64,000 nucleotides of DNA from Heteronotia binoei (GCF_032191835.1 NC_083231.1:126356001-126420000), one strand, 5' to 3'; counted from the first letter of the stretch, positions 23,171-34,700 are shown. Notes: a model not told the origin generated them from the sequence alone. Made by a program: numbers and translations.

Positions 23171-24795
23171 TAAACAAATCTGTCGACTGTCACTTACGTA
23201 CTCTATATGTTTTGCTCTTTTACATTTAAGCATTCAGGCATAGAGGGATAAAATGCACTGTGAAAGGCATAGCTCAAACCGAATTGTTAAGCCCGTCAGA
23301 GAAAGGTTTCCTGCCCCTTCTGCTGAGTGGAAGCGGCTCCATTTCCGCTGCCTCCCCAAACTGGGCGTGGTTTCTACCCGGAGAAACGGATCCCTCTTGG
23401 GTTGGCTCTGGTTGTTCCCGGGTTAACTTCTCCTTACTCCCCCCCTTCTGCTGACCCCCAGGCATCAATGTGGGCGCTGAGACGCTTCTCTGCACTTGAG
23501 GGGGCCGCCGAGTCCTGGACGCTTCTGTTGCCGGAGATGCAGGGAGTCTTCCAGCTCCTGGTCCATTCTGCTGCGGCCCCCGACCGGGAGGGAGAGGGGC
23601 CGGGCTCCTAGCAGAGGCGGCTCCCATCATTCTGCAGATCTTGGGAGGGTGGCTGTTAGTCTGAAGCTACAGAGTCCACGAGCCCCTTTTAGAGCGACGA
23701 AGCTGCAGTCAAGGGACAGGCTTTGGCGTGTACAGCCCCACCCCCACCCCTTTGTATCTGAGGGCGTGACCCTGCACACCGAAGCTTCTCTCTTGGTTAT
23801 ATATATTTTATTAGAGTTTTAAGAAATAGGACAAAGAAATACAGGAAAAGGGGAAAGTGAAATAACGTTATTTCGATATAAACTCTGCGTCATTCACAAA
23901 TGTTTCTCCTAGTCTATAAAAGTTACAGTCTTTGTATTATACCTCACAGTTTGCTAATATCAACACTGAAGTGTCCAAATTGAGGGGTTACAAGTATGTG
24001 TCGTATAAGAGTCAAATTTGCGTCTTCAGCCATGCATAAAAGGGCTTCCAAGGGTTCTCTTCATCTCGTATTAGCCTACCCTTAAGAGGAAGCGCAAGGG
24101 CACCTGTTGCCGCCGCCTCTAATATTTTATGAATCAAATCCTGCTTCTTCGGAGTTTCATGATGTTTCCAGGTTTGTGCTCTCCCAAGTCTTGCTGCAGG
24201 AAGCTTCTCTCTTGAGTAACACGTCGCTGCTCTTCCGGGCGCCTGGCTGGACTCCAGCTTCGTTGTCTTGAATGAAGCCTCGCTGGTCTTCTTCTCCGGA
24301 GGCGTCTCCTGCGGATGTGGCGAAGGCGAGGGCGGAGATCCATGAAGGCACCCACTTCTTCGTGGCGGCTGAAGGCGAGAAGCCCTGGCCCCTGCCCTGC
24401 CGCCCCCGAAGAGCCTCGCCCCCTCCGCAGCAGCAGCGGAGCCCTTTAGGTCTGCAAGGGAAGAGCTGGGTTCCAGTCCAGCGTCACCTTCAACACCAAG
24501 CAGGTTTTCCCAGGAGGAGCTTCGGAGAGTCCTGGGAAGCCGCCGGCAAAGGCAGGAAGGAAGAAGACGGCGCAGGAGAAGATGGCCAGAGCCTCGGTGA
24601 ACAGGAGAATCCGGGCCGTCTGGTCGGTGGGAGAAGCTCCGATCTCTCTCCGGGGCCCTCGTGCTGCCAACACACCACTGGACGCCGCTCTTCCGTCCAA
24701 GGAACCAGCAACCAACCCCCGCTCAAAGGAAACGCGCAGCCCGGAAGTGCCTGGTGGCCCCAACTGGCAGCCATGCACAGGGGTAAATAAGACCA

Positions 24796-24854
24796 GCTGT
24801 ACTAAGACCAATTGTACTAAAGTCAATAAAACATAAAAATATTTATTTAAAAAA
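24796..24854 (+). mobile_element. Extremely 5'-truncated LINE (L1-like) tail
   Basis: AATAAA plus an A-rich tail flanked by the 11-bp TSD AAATAAGACCA (24785-24795 / 24855-24865). Confidence 0.55.
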
Positions 24855-25679
24855 AAATAAGACCATCTGTTTCAAGTTACGCTGTTTTTAATCGTTTTAA
24901 CTCTCTCTAACGTATTTGGTATGTTTTAGACTCTGTTGTGATCCGCCCTGAGCCGCTTACGGGGAGGGCGGAATATAAATGGAAACCAACCAATGAAAAG
25001 GTGCAGCTTTAAGGAGAGGCGCGGATCGGGTTCCTTCCCTCCCCGCAGACAGTCCTCCAGCCGCTTCGCAGGCATCTGGATGGGCTGTCCGTCACATATG
25101 TTGCCAGCCAGCCTCGGTAAATGCGCACTTCAGTCTCTTCAAAGAAGAAAAAGGAGGAGCTGGGATTTATGCCCCGCCCTAATCACCCCCTCCCCTCCCC
25201 ACAACAGACACCCTGTGAGGCAGGTGGGGCTGAGAGGGCAGCTCCGGGAGCAGAACTCCGACTGGCCCAAGGTCACCCAGCTGGCTGCGGGGGGGGAGGA
25301 GGAGTGGGAGAATCGAACCCGGCTCTCCAGGGATCTTCAAACTGGCTTTGCCGGGTTTTGGGAAGGTTCCACACCCCCTGTGGCGAAAGCGGGGCAGGAA
25401 CAAACGGCACCCAAACATATGCTGGGGAAGGGACTCCGGCTTCTTTGGTGGCAGGCGCAAGACAGCCCCTTCTCGCTCCCAGATGTAGGAGGTTTTTTAT
25501 CAGAACCCACTGGCCCCTTCAGAAGCCAGAAGCCGCCGCCCCACCTCCGCCCGCCCGCCCGCCTCCCCGACGTCTTTCTTTTGCACCTGCTGCGGAATGA
25601 TGGAGGGGTGGGGGCGTCCCGGCGCTCGAGGAAGGTCCTTCTCCGAAGGGCCCCCCCCCCAGCAGCGCTGCCTCCTTGA

Positions 25680-26605
25680 GAGCCAGTCTGGAGCAGGGGT
25701 GAAGTGCGCGGACTCTTATCTGGGAGAACCAAGTTGGATTCCCCACTCCTCCACTTGCACCTGCTGGAATGGCCTTGGGTCAGCCAGAGCTCTCTTATCT
25801 GGGAGAACTGGGTTGGATTCCCCACTCCTCCACTTGCAGCTGCTGGAATGGCCTTGGGTCAGCCAGAGCTCTCTTATCTGGGAGAACCGGGTTGGATTCC
25901 CCACTCCTCCACTTGCACCTGCTGGAATGGCCTTGGGTCAGCCAGAGCTCTCTTATCTGGGAGAACCGGATTGGATTCCCCCCTCCTCCACTTGCAGCTG
26001 CTGGAATGGCCTTGGGTCAGCCAGAGCTCTCTTACCTGGGAGAACCGGGTTGGATTCCCCACTCCTGCACTTGCACCTGCTGGAATGGCCTTGGGTCAGC
26101 CAGAGCTCTCTTATCTGGGAGAACCGGGTTGGATTCCCCACTCCTCCACTTGCACCTGCTGGAATGGCCTTGGGTCAGCCAGAGCTCTCTTATCTGGGAG
26201 AACCGGGTTGGATTCCCCCCTCCTCCACTTGCAGATGCTGGAATGGCCTTGGGTCAACCAGAGCTCTCTTATCTGGGAGAACCGGGTTTGATTCCCCACT
26301 CCTCCACTTGCACCTGCTGGAATGGCCTTTGGTCAGCCAGAGCTCTCTATCTGGGAGAACCAGGTTTGATTCCCCACTCCTGCACTTGCACCTGCTGGAA
26401 TGGCCTTCGGTCAGCCAGAGCTCTCTATCTGGGAGAACCGGGTTTGATTCCCCACTCCTCCACTAGCACCTGCTGGAGTGGCCTTGGGTCAGCCAGAGCT
26501 CTCTTATCTGGGAGAACCGGGTTTGATTCCCCACTCTTCCACTTGCACCTGCTGGAATGGCCTTGGGTCAGCCATAGCTCTCACAGGGGTTGTCCTTGAA
26601 AGGGC
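25680..26605 (+). repeat. Squam3-like SINE with ~11 tandem 79-bp units
   Basis: Unit ctcttatctgggagaaccgggttggattccccactcctccacttgcacctgctggaatggccttgggtcagccagagct recurs at a 79-bp period from ~25713. Confidence 0.92.
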
Positions 26606-26783
26606 AACTGTTTGCTTATTTATAGCTTTGGTGCATCTGTTAGTTATTAATATAAATTCTTTTTGTTAGTTTTGTTTTTGGTAAAAGCATTTATACTATT
26701 ATCCAGATTTACTAATTGTAAAATGATATCTATTATTTGTTGTACCTGTGGTATGTTTTAATTTGTTCCTGGTTACTGTATAC

Positions 26784-26919
26784 CAGGGGTTGCCAAGGAT
26801 AGCTCTCCAGATGTTTTTTGCCTACAACACCCATCAGCCCCAGCCATTGGCCATGCTGGCTGGGGCTGATGGGAGTTGTAGGCAGAAAACATCTGGAGAC
26901 CTACTGTTGGCTACCCCTG
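26784..26919. mobile_element. hAT MITE (136 bp, palindromic)
   Basis: TIRs CAGGGGTTGCCAA / TTGGCTACCCCTG, perfect 8-bp TSD CTGTATAC (26776-26783 / 26920-26927). Confidence 0.9.
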
Positions 26920-28024
26920 CTGTATACTTTCACGTTTCTAAATCACTCTTACTTGTTTTATTGTATCAGAAACATATTATAAAGAAAATGATTTTTTTTT
27001 TTTTTTCAAAAAGGGCAACTGCTGCCCGAGCTCTCTCAGCTCCGCCTGCCTGCTCCGAGATTCAGAGACTAGGGCGGGATATACATCCAATATCTAATAG
27101 AAATTGTTTTCATTGAAACAAATGCTGGGGGGAGGGGGGGAGGCGGCAAAGCTGTGGGAAGCGGGGCGCGGGGTGGGGGGCTGCTTGGAGCCTCGGGGCA
27201 AGTGGGATGAACACGGGAGGGGGGATCATGGCGCTAAGGTCGCTGTCTTCGGGGGTCTCGCCTGGCCAAGCGGCCCAGCGGCAACCTCCGAGACTACCTA
27301 GAGGGGGGGGGGGCGGCGGCACCGCCTGGGCCTCCTCTGCCATGGCCGCGGAAGGGGGGAGAAATGCGGGGAGCTGATCGGGTTTTTTTGGGGGGGGGGG
27401 CGATCCCGAGACTGCTTCACTTGAGGCTGCTAGAAAGAAGCGCCCCTTTGCTGACTGTGCTCCTGCGAAGTGGGATGGGATGTTGGGCCGCCTTGGCCGG
27501 GACAGAGCCGCCCGCCGCGCCCTACTTCTCCCCGACCCAGAAGCATCTCGTTCGGAGTCCTCCCCGCGTCCCCAGCTGAGCCGGACCGGGAAAGCGAAGG
27601 CGACTGGCAGGGCGGGCGAGGCCTCCCCGGCAAGGGGCTTCCAAGAGGGCGGCGCTCTCCCCTCCCCCTCCCCACCCCTCTTGTTTGGGGAGACGAAGCC
27701 CACCCCAGACGGGCAGGCCAGAAGGAAACCAGACACCTCCTCTTGGGCCCGCCAGACTGGGCCGCCGGCTCTCCCCCCGCAGACAAGGGGACCCTCCGAC
27801 CGGGCTCCTGGTGCCCCCCCCCTACCTGAGGCTTGGGGCGAGCTGGCCTCTCCGCCGGCTCCCTCTTGCTGCCCTACCGCAGCTCCTTCGCCCTCCGACG
27901 GAAGGGCTCGCCTGAGTTCCCCGAAGGCTCCGGAGGGGGCCGGGAAGGCAGGGGCGGAGCGGGTGGGGGCCTAGAGCGGAGTCACACCCAGCCCCTCCCT
28001 CGGGCGCCCACTGGCGGCCAGGGC

Positions 28025-28051
28025 CTGTCAATCACCGAGGGGGCCGCCAAT
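28025..28051. promoter_or_regulatory. TLX2 proximal promoter: PBX-PREP/MEIS decamer + CCAAT box
   Basis: CTGTCAATCA (reverse complement TGATTGACAG) at 28025-28034 and CCAAT at 28047-28051, ~270-290 bp upstream of the ATG, in a CpG island. Confidence 0.65.
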
Positions 28052-28316
28052 GAGGGGGAGGGGGGCCGGGGCTGTCCAGGGGCAGAGCGGCGGCGGCGGC
28101 GGCGGCTGCGGTAGGCAGGCAGGCAGGCAGGACGAGGGGCGCACCAGGCTTGGCCTCCCGCCGCCCCCTCCCGGGCGACCTGCTGCAGCCGCGCTCCAGC
28201 GCCAAGCCGCGGGCGGAGGAGGAGGCCGAGGCCGGGCAGCGGCTGGGAAGGGCGGCGGGCTCCGAAGGGCATGAGGGAGGCCCGCCGCCGCCGCTGAGCC
28301 CGGGCCGCGGGGCAGC

Positions 28317-30160
28317 ATGGAGGTTTTGGGGCTGGAGCCGCCGGAAGGGCCCCCCCAGTCGCAGCCAGCCCCGCAGCCCATCCGCTTCGGAATCGAGCAG
28401 ATCCTGGGCGCTGGGCAGCCGCCCCCGCTCCACCCGGCCCCGGCCCCGGCCCCTTGCCTGGCTGCGCTGGGCGAGCCGCGAGGGGAAGCGGCGGACGGGG
28501 CTCTTTACGGCAGCGGCTACGGGGCAGACTACAGCCCGGCCTGCCCGCTGGGGGGCTGCGGCCTCCCCGGAACCCCTGGCGGCTGCGGAGGGGTGATCCG
28601 AGTCCCCGCCCACCGGCCCCTGGCCCCCGCTGCCCTGCAGCCCTCGCCCCCGGGGGGGACCGGCCTCACCTTCCCCTGGATGGAGAGCGCCCGGAGGCTG
28701 GCCAAGGAGCGCCTGGCAGGTGAGGACGCCGCCCTCCCCCCCCTTTCCTCCCCCAGCGCCCCCGGGGGGAGGGGAGGGGACGGCGTCAGGGGGCTCTCCG
28801 CTGTGTGCCAGCTGCCCTGGCCCCCCTTCTCTGCCGCCCCGCAGCTTCGAGCAGGCTGCCTGCGGGTGGGGGTGGGGGGCAGTTACCCCGACAGTCACGG
28901 GGACCCAGCTCCGGAGTCTGGCAGGTGGGACTGGCGGGCGAGGCTCCGGCCTGAAGATGGCGGCGCGGGGAGGCGGACCAGCTCCCACCAGAGCTCTCCC
29001 CAGAAGGCAGCGGGGGGGGGGGGGAGGGAGGGGCGCCAGAAGCGGGGCTGGCCGCGGGAACTGCAAAGAGGCGTGCGAGGTGCGGGGCGCTGCCGGTGCC
29101 GGCCTCAGGAGGGGAGGGGGCCGGCGGGGTCACGACTGCCTGCTCTGGTTCCCTCTACTCCCAGCCGCGCTGCCCTCGTTGGCCGGGGCCCGGCGGGTCG
29201 GCCACCCCTACCAGAACCGCACGCCGCCCAAGCGCAAGAAGCCGCGCACGTCCTTCTCGCGAGCGCAGATCTGCGAGCTGGAGAAGCGCTTCCACCGGCA
29301 GAAGTACCTGGCCTCCGCCGAGAGGGCCGCCCTGGCCAAGGCCCTGCACATGACCGACGCCCAGGTCAAGACCTGGTTCCAGAACCGCCGCACCAAGTGG
29401 AGGTAGGAGGACCGGCAGGGGGCACCGGGGAGGGGAGGGGAGGGGAGCGAAGCATCCAGCCGCCGGCCTCAGGACCTTTCTGGCTGCGGCGACGCTGCTT
29501 CCCTTGCGGGGGGGGGGCTGAGGCAGAGGGGGACAGCTGTGCTGGAGTGGAGGGGGGCGAAGGCCAGGAGGGATCTGCGCGGAGGAGGCGTCCTGGCAGC
29601 TCCGGAGGAAGAGGCCCTGGCGGCCGGGCAGGAGAGGGAGCGCCCCTCAAAGCCTGCGTGCCCGGCTGCCCCCCCCCCAAAGGCGCTTCCCGCAGCTGCC
29701 TGGGGCGCGAGAAGGAGAGGCGTGTCTGCCAAGGTCGCCACTCTGCACACGCTCAGAAGAGCCCCCAGGGGTCAGGGCGTCCCAGCCCCCTCCCCCAGCC
29801 AGGAGGGCCAGCCGCGTCTGCTCGGAAAGGGGGGGCAGAGAAGCGGGAGGCCGGGAGGGGCTTGTGGCGGGGGGGGCGGGGGGCTGGAAGGGCCAGCGCT
29901 GCCCTCGGCTCACCTGGCGCGGCGTCCCCCATTGCAGGCGGCAGACGGCGGAGGAGCGCGAAGCCGAGCGCCAGCAGGCCAGCCGCCTGATGCTGCACCT
30001 CGAGCAAGAGGCCTTCCCGAAGAGCCTGGGCGCCTCGCCGCTGCCACCCGACCCCCTGTGCCGCCACAACGCCTCCCTGGCCGCCCTGCAGAACCTGCAG
30101 CCCTGGGCCCGCACCCACCACATCACCTCCGTCTCCGGGGCGGCCGCCGCCCTGGTGTGA
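28317..30160 (+). CDS. TLX2: T-cell leukemia homeobox 2 (287 aa; exons 28317-28719, 29165-29402, 29938-30160)
   Basis: eh1/TN motif [10 protein letters not shown], hexapeptide TFPWME, homeodomain RKKPRTSF...[13 protein letters not shown], and C-terminus [12 protein letters not shown]...LQNLQPW. GT-AG introns with consistent phases (1, 2). Synteny with DQX1-AUP1-HTRA2 identifies the paralog as TLX2. Confidence 0.92.
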
Positions 30161-30186
30161 GTGAGCCGCCGCCGCCCGGCCCCGCC

Positions 30187-30207
30187 GCCAGCACCCTGGA
30201 CAGAGAG
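30187..30207 (+). promoter_or_regulatory. RE1/NRSE (REST) site
   Basis: gcCAGCACCctGGACAGagag: both RE1 half-site cores are intact with the canonical 2-nt spacer. It lies 27 nt after the TLX2 stop and ~1.4 kb upstream of the IF gene TATA box. Confidence 0.65.
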
Positions 30208-31596
30208 AGGCACCCCGCGGAGGAGGCGGGAAATGGAGAGAGCCTCTGCAGGCGAAAAGGCCGGATTCCCCGCTGGCCCTTTGAGAGGCACCAGGCAGCC
30301 CCCGGACCCCCGCAGGCAGCCCTCTGTGCTTGCACGCGCCTGCTGCAACGGGCCTCAACCCCGGATGGGGGGTGGTGGTGGTGGATCTGGGCCCGCAGCT
30401 CGGCGGCGGCACTCCCACAGCGCCCACATGCGATGCAGGGGGTACTACCCGGGATGCAGGTAGCTTTTTAAGGCGGCTGGGAGGAGGCGTCTGGCGAAGG
30501 GGCGAGAAGGGCAGAGGTGCTCCGGTGCTCCTCCTGCCCGTTTATTGAGCACGGAGGGCCAGGCTCTGCCGGGCCCAGTCTCTTGTGTGGAAGCCCCCCT
30601 CCCCCGTCTGCCGGGCCCCTCCTCAGGCTCGGGCTTTGGCGCGGCCCAGCTGCTTGCGTGGAGGCCAGGGGCCCTGGAGCTGCTGCAGGCCGGAGCAGGC
30701 CTCGCCCCTGCCTTCCCCCGCCCCCGCAGCCCCAAGCTCCGGAGCCCCCGGATTTCCCAGCTCCCCCCCGGAAGAGGCCTCTGGACAGCCTGGCAGCAGG
30801 GGTGCAAGGAGCCGCCCCCAGGGGGTCCGGCTCCCCTCCCGGTAGGGCAGCGCTTGGGTGGCCCGACACCTGCTGGAAGGCCCTGAAGGAGCACGTGGAG
30901 GGCGGCTGGCTGCTCCTTTGCCTCGAGGCCTGGCAGGAGCCCCCCACCCCACCCACAGGAGCCGCAGAGGAGGGCGCTGAGCCGGGTAGGTCAAGCAAGC
31001 CTGATCTCCTCAAATCTGGGGAGACCAGCAGGGCCGACTCTGGCAAGGACTGGGCTGGGAGACCTCCTGGGAATACCCCGTCGAGGCGCGGGAGCAGGCT
31101 TCTTTCAGCCCCCTCTCTGAAGATCCTCCAGGCCCCCAGTAGGGCCCAGTCGCCGCAGGTCCCCGGGACTTCCAGGTCCACGCGCATACGAAAGACAGAC
31201 AGACAAACGAAAGGACAGAGCGCAGAGGAGGCAGGGCCCTCCAAGGGCCATCTAGCTCCCCGCTCGCCCCTGCCTCTCGCTCCTCCCCGGGGGCTGCCCG
31301 GTTCGAAGGCAGGGCGCGGGGCGGGGGGGGGGGCTGGGGGCGAGGCCCCTTCCCAGAGACAGGCCCCTCCTGCGGCCGCAAAGGATGCAGAGAGGCCCCG
31401 GGGGCTGGGGGCGCCTCCAGCAGCAGCAGCAGGGGAGGGGGTCGAGCAGGTCCTGCCTTGCAGGCGGATGAGGGCTCCTCTCGCGGAGTGGGGGGGGGGG
31501 GAGCGCGAGGAAAGAGCTCCTTCCCGCCCCTCCCTCATCCGGGCTTCGGGGGGGGGGCTGCTGCGGAGCGGAGAAGCCTCCTGGCCGCGGCGCGCT

Positions 31597-31634
31597 CTGA
31601 TTGGCTAACTGGGCCGGCGCGGCCCTATATAGAG
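31597..31634 (+). promoter_or_regulatory. Core promoter of the neurofilament-like gene (inverted CCAAT + TATA)
   Basis: CTGATTGGCT (ATTGG 31600-31604) and TATATAGAG at 31626, ~105 nt upstream of ATG 31732. Confidence 0.7.
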
Positions 31635-31731
31635 CGGGGCGCTGTGGCGCAGTCCTCCTTCCTTCCCTCCCTCCCTGGCTTGCTGCAGAGGTAGGCGGCC
31701 TGCGTCGACAGCAGCGCAGGTGGCGGGCCCG

Positions 31732-34700
31732 ATGGAGTGGGAGGCGTGGGGCGGCTGGCGGCGGGGGCTCTGGCCCGGGGGGGAGGCGGCGGAGGAGCAG
31801 TTCCTGGGCGGGGGGGGCCTGCCGGTGGCGGACCCACTGGCGCGTTTGGACCTGGCGCAGGTGGGCAGCTTGAACGCAGAGCTGCTGGGGCTGCGCGCCC
31901 AGGAGGGGGAGCAGCTGGGGGCGCTCAACGACCGCTTCGCCGCCTACGTGGAGCGGGTGCGGGAGCTGGAGGGCCGCCACCGGGCGCTGCTGCTGGAGCT
32001 GGAGGCGCTGCGCCGCCAGGAGCGCGCCGCGCCGCGCAGGCCCCAGCTCTACCGGGCAGAGGCGCGCGGCCTGCGGGAACGGCTGCAGGCCGAGCAGGGC
32101 GACAAGGCCCGCCTGGAGGAGCAGCAAGCCCGCCTGCGCCAGGCCTGCGCCCAGCTGCGCGAGCGCTGCGCCCAAGAGGCCCGCCGGCGCCTGGACGCCG
32201 AGGAGACGCTGCGCCGCCTCCGCCAGCAGGCCGCCCGCGCCGCGCTGGCCGCCTCCCACGCCGACGGCGCCGCCGCCTCCCTGGCCGCCCAGCTGGCCTT
32301 CCTGCGCAAGCTGCTGGCCGAGGAGCGCGCCCAGCTGGCCGCCCAAGCCCAGCTGGCCGCCCAAGCCCGCGCCGCCCTGGAGGAGGGCCACCCGGCGGGG
32401 GCCAGCAAGCCCGAGCTGGCGGCGGCCCTGCTCGACATCCGCGCCCAGTACGAGCGCCTGGCGGCCCAGAACATGCAGGCGGCCGAGGAATGGTACCGCT
32501 CCAAGTTCGCCTCGGTGGCGGAGCTGGCCAGCCGCAACCAGGAGGCCGTGCGCGCCATCCGCCAGGAGACCGGCCACTACCGGCGCCTGCTGCACGCCCG
32601 CTCCGCCGAGATCGAGGCCCTGCGCGCCGCCGTCGACTCGCTGCACGGGCAGCTGGAGAGCCTGCAAGGGGAGCAGAGCGCCCAGGTGGCCCGCTGCCAG
32701 GTAAGGGGGCAGCCGGGTTGCTGCAGGGAGTGGGCGGAGCTCAGCGGGGGTGGGTAGCCCGGAAGACCCCCCTCCCGTCCTCCTTCCCGCCCTCCTGCCT
32801 CCTTCCACCCAGGCCAGGCCAGGCCAGGCAGCGGCCAGCACAAACGTCTCAGCCGCCTCCCGGCGGCACGGGTGGGGCTGAGAGAGCTCTGACTGAAACT
32901 GCTCTTGAGAGAATAGTTCTGAGAGAACTGGTCACCCAGCTGGCTTCAAGTAGAGGACCCGGAAATCCGATGCGAATCCATGCCCTTACCCACTACACCA
33001 ACCCGCTACAGGCAGCCTGAAGTGGCTCGCCATCTTGATCGAGCTGAACATCGTTTCAGAATCACCCTTGAGAGTTTCACTGAGCGGGACTTGCCTCTTG
33101 GGCCACTCCCAAGGCCAGTCTGGAATTAAGCAAAATCCTTCGGGACCCTTTAAATCCTGCCGCCTGCAATCCGCCATCAGGGGGCTGTCTCGCGGAGGCT
33201 TTGGTTCCCAGACACCGGAGAGCTTTCCCTGCGGCCCCCTGGCCTGCCGCTTGTGCTCTGGTGCTCCTGGGGAAGGGGGAGGGCTGCCTGGGGCCGCCCA
33301 CAGGGCCCCTTCTGCAACGGCCTTCGGGACTGGGCACACCCAGCCGCCACCGAGGTCTGAGCCCAGGGAAGGGAGGCCTTCTCTCTCCCGGCAAACTTGA
33401 CATCGGAATCCTCGGACCGAGTTGCCAGAGCTGGTGCAGCTGCGGGAGTCTCCCGAGGGAAGGGCCAGTGTTGATTCAGTGACACTTATTTGCTTTTCAT
33501 GTATATTTTAATGGAAGATTGTACAGTTATTCTCATAACCACTTTGTTAATGTATGTTTTATTTTGCTGGGCCCTGGCCCGAATAAATTATTGAACTGAA
33601 TTGAAGCACAATGCAATATTAGAGGTCAGACATCTGACCTTTTGCCAGCAGAAGAGAGAACTTCCTCGACTTAATAAGTGTATATAAAATGAAGCATTAA
33701 CTCTTTTTAGCAGGCAAGAACATCATGCACAGGTCAGGTGCAAGTTTATCCTACAAGTAAGGAGGGGGGGATGATTCCGCAAAAATTAGATTTCTGAGCA
33801 TTTCCAAGCTTTATGAACTCATCAGTTTTCTGCTGTCCCAAGATGTGGTCGTCTCTGAGATGGTGCCACCAGCAGGTATACCCAGATTGGATCCCTGCAC
33901 ATGAGAACTATGTGGAGAAGGCGGCAGGTTAAATCTTGCTAACTTTAATATGTGAGTGTCTTCTACATAAAACATAAGAACATAAGAGAAGCCATGTTGC
34001 ATCAGGCCAATCCCGTCCAACACTCTGTGTCACATAAGAACGTAGGAGAATCCCTGTTGGATCAGGCCAAAGGCCAATGGCCCATCCAGTCCAACACTCT
34101 GTGTCACATAAGAACATAAGAGAAGCCATGTTGGATCAGGCCAATGGCCCATCCAGTCCAACACTCTGTGTCACAGAAGAACATAAGAGAAGCCATGTTG
34201 GATCAGGCCAATGGCCCATCCAGTCCAACACTCTGTGTCACATAAGAACATAAGAGAAGCCCTGTTGGATCAGGCCAGTGGCCCATCCAGTCCAACACTC
34301 TGTGCCACATAAGAACATAAGAGAAGCCATGTTGGATCAGGCCAATGGCCCATCCAGTCCAACACTCTGTGTCACAGAAGAACATAAGAGAAGCCATGTT
34401 GGATCAGGCCAATGGCCCATCCAGTTCAACACTCTGTGTCACACAGTGACCAAAAACACCCCCAAGTGCCATCAGGAGATCCACCAGAGGGGATGGGACA
34501 CTAGAAGCGCTCCCACTGTTGCCCCTCCCAAAGCACCAAGAATACAGAGCATCACTGTTCCAGACAGTTCCAATAATATGCTGTGGCTAATAGCCACTGA
34601 TGGACCTCTGCTCCATATTTTTATCTAACCCCCTCTTGAAGCTGGCTATGCTTGTAGCCACTGCCACCTCCTGTGGCAGTAAATTCCACGTTAAACATCC

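Noticed and set aside
25597-26599. Cys/Trp/His-rich repetitive ORFs (up to 289 aa)
   Set aside because: Translations of the 79-bp SINE tandem array.
28317-29990. 557-aa ORF starting at the TLX2 ATG
   Set aside because: Read-through of GC-rich introns; the real protein needs splicing at 28719/29165 and 29402/29938.
30468-31608. Overlapping 356-aa (-) and 363-aa (+) ORFs between TLX2 and the IF gene
   Set aside because: Pro/Gly/Ala/Arg-rich, no recognisable domain, and expected by chance in stop-poor GC-rich DNA.
31252-32841. 529-aa minus-strand ORF
   Set aside because: Antisense shadow of the GC3-rich IF exon 1.
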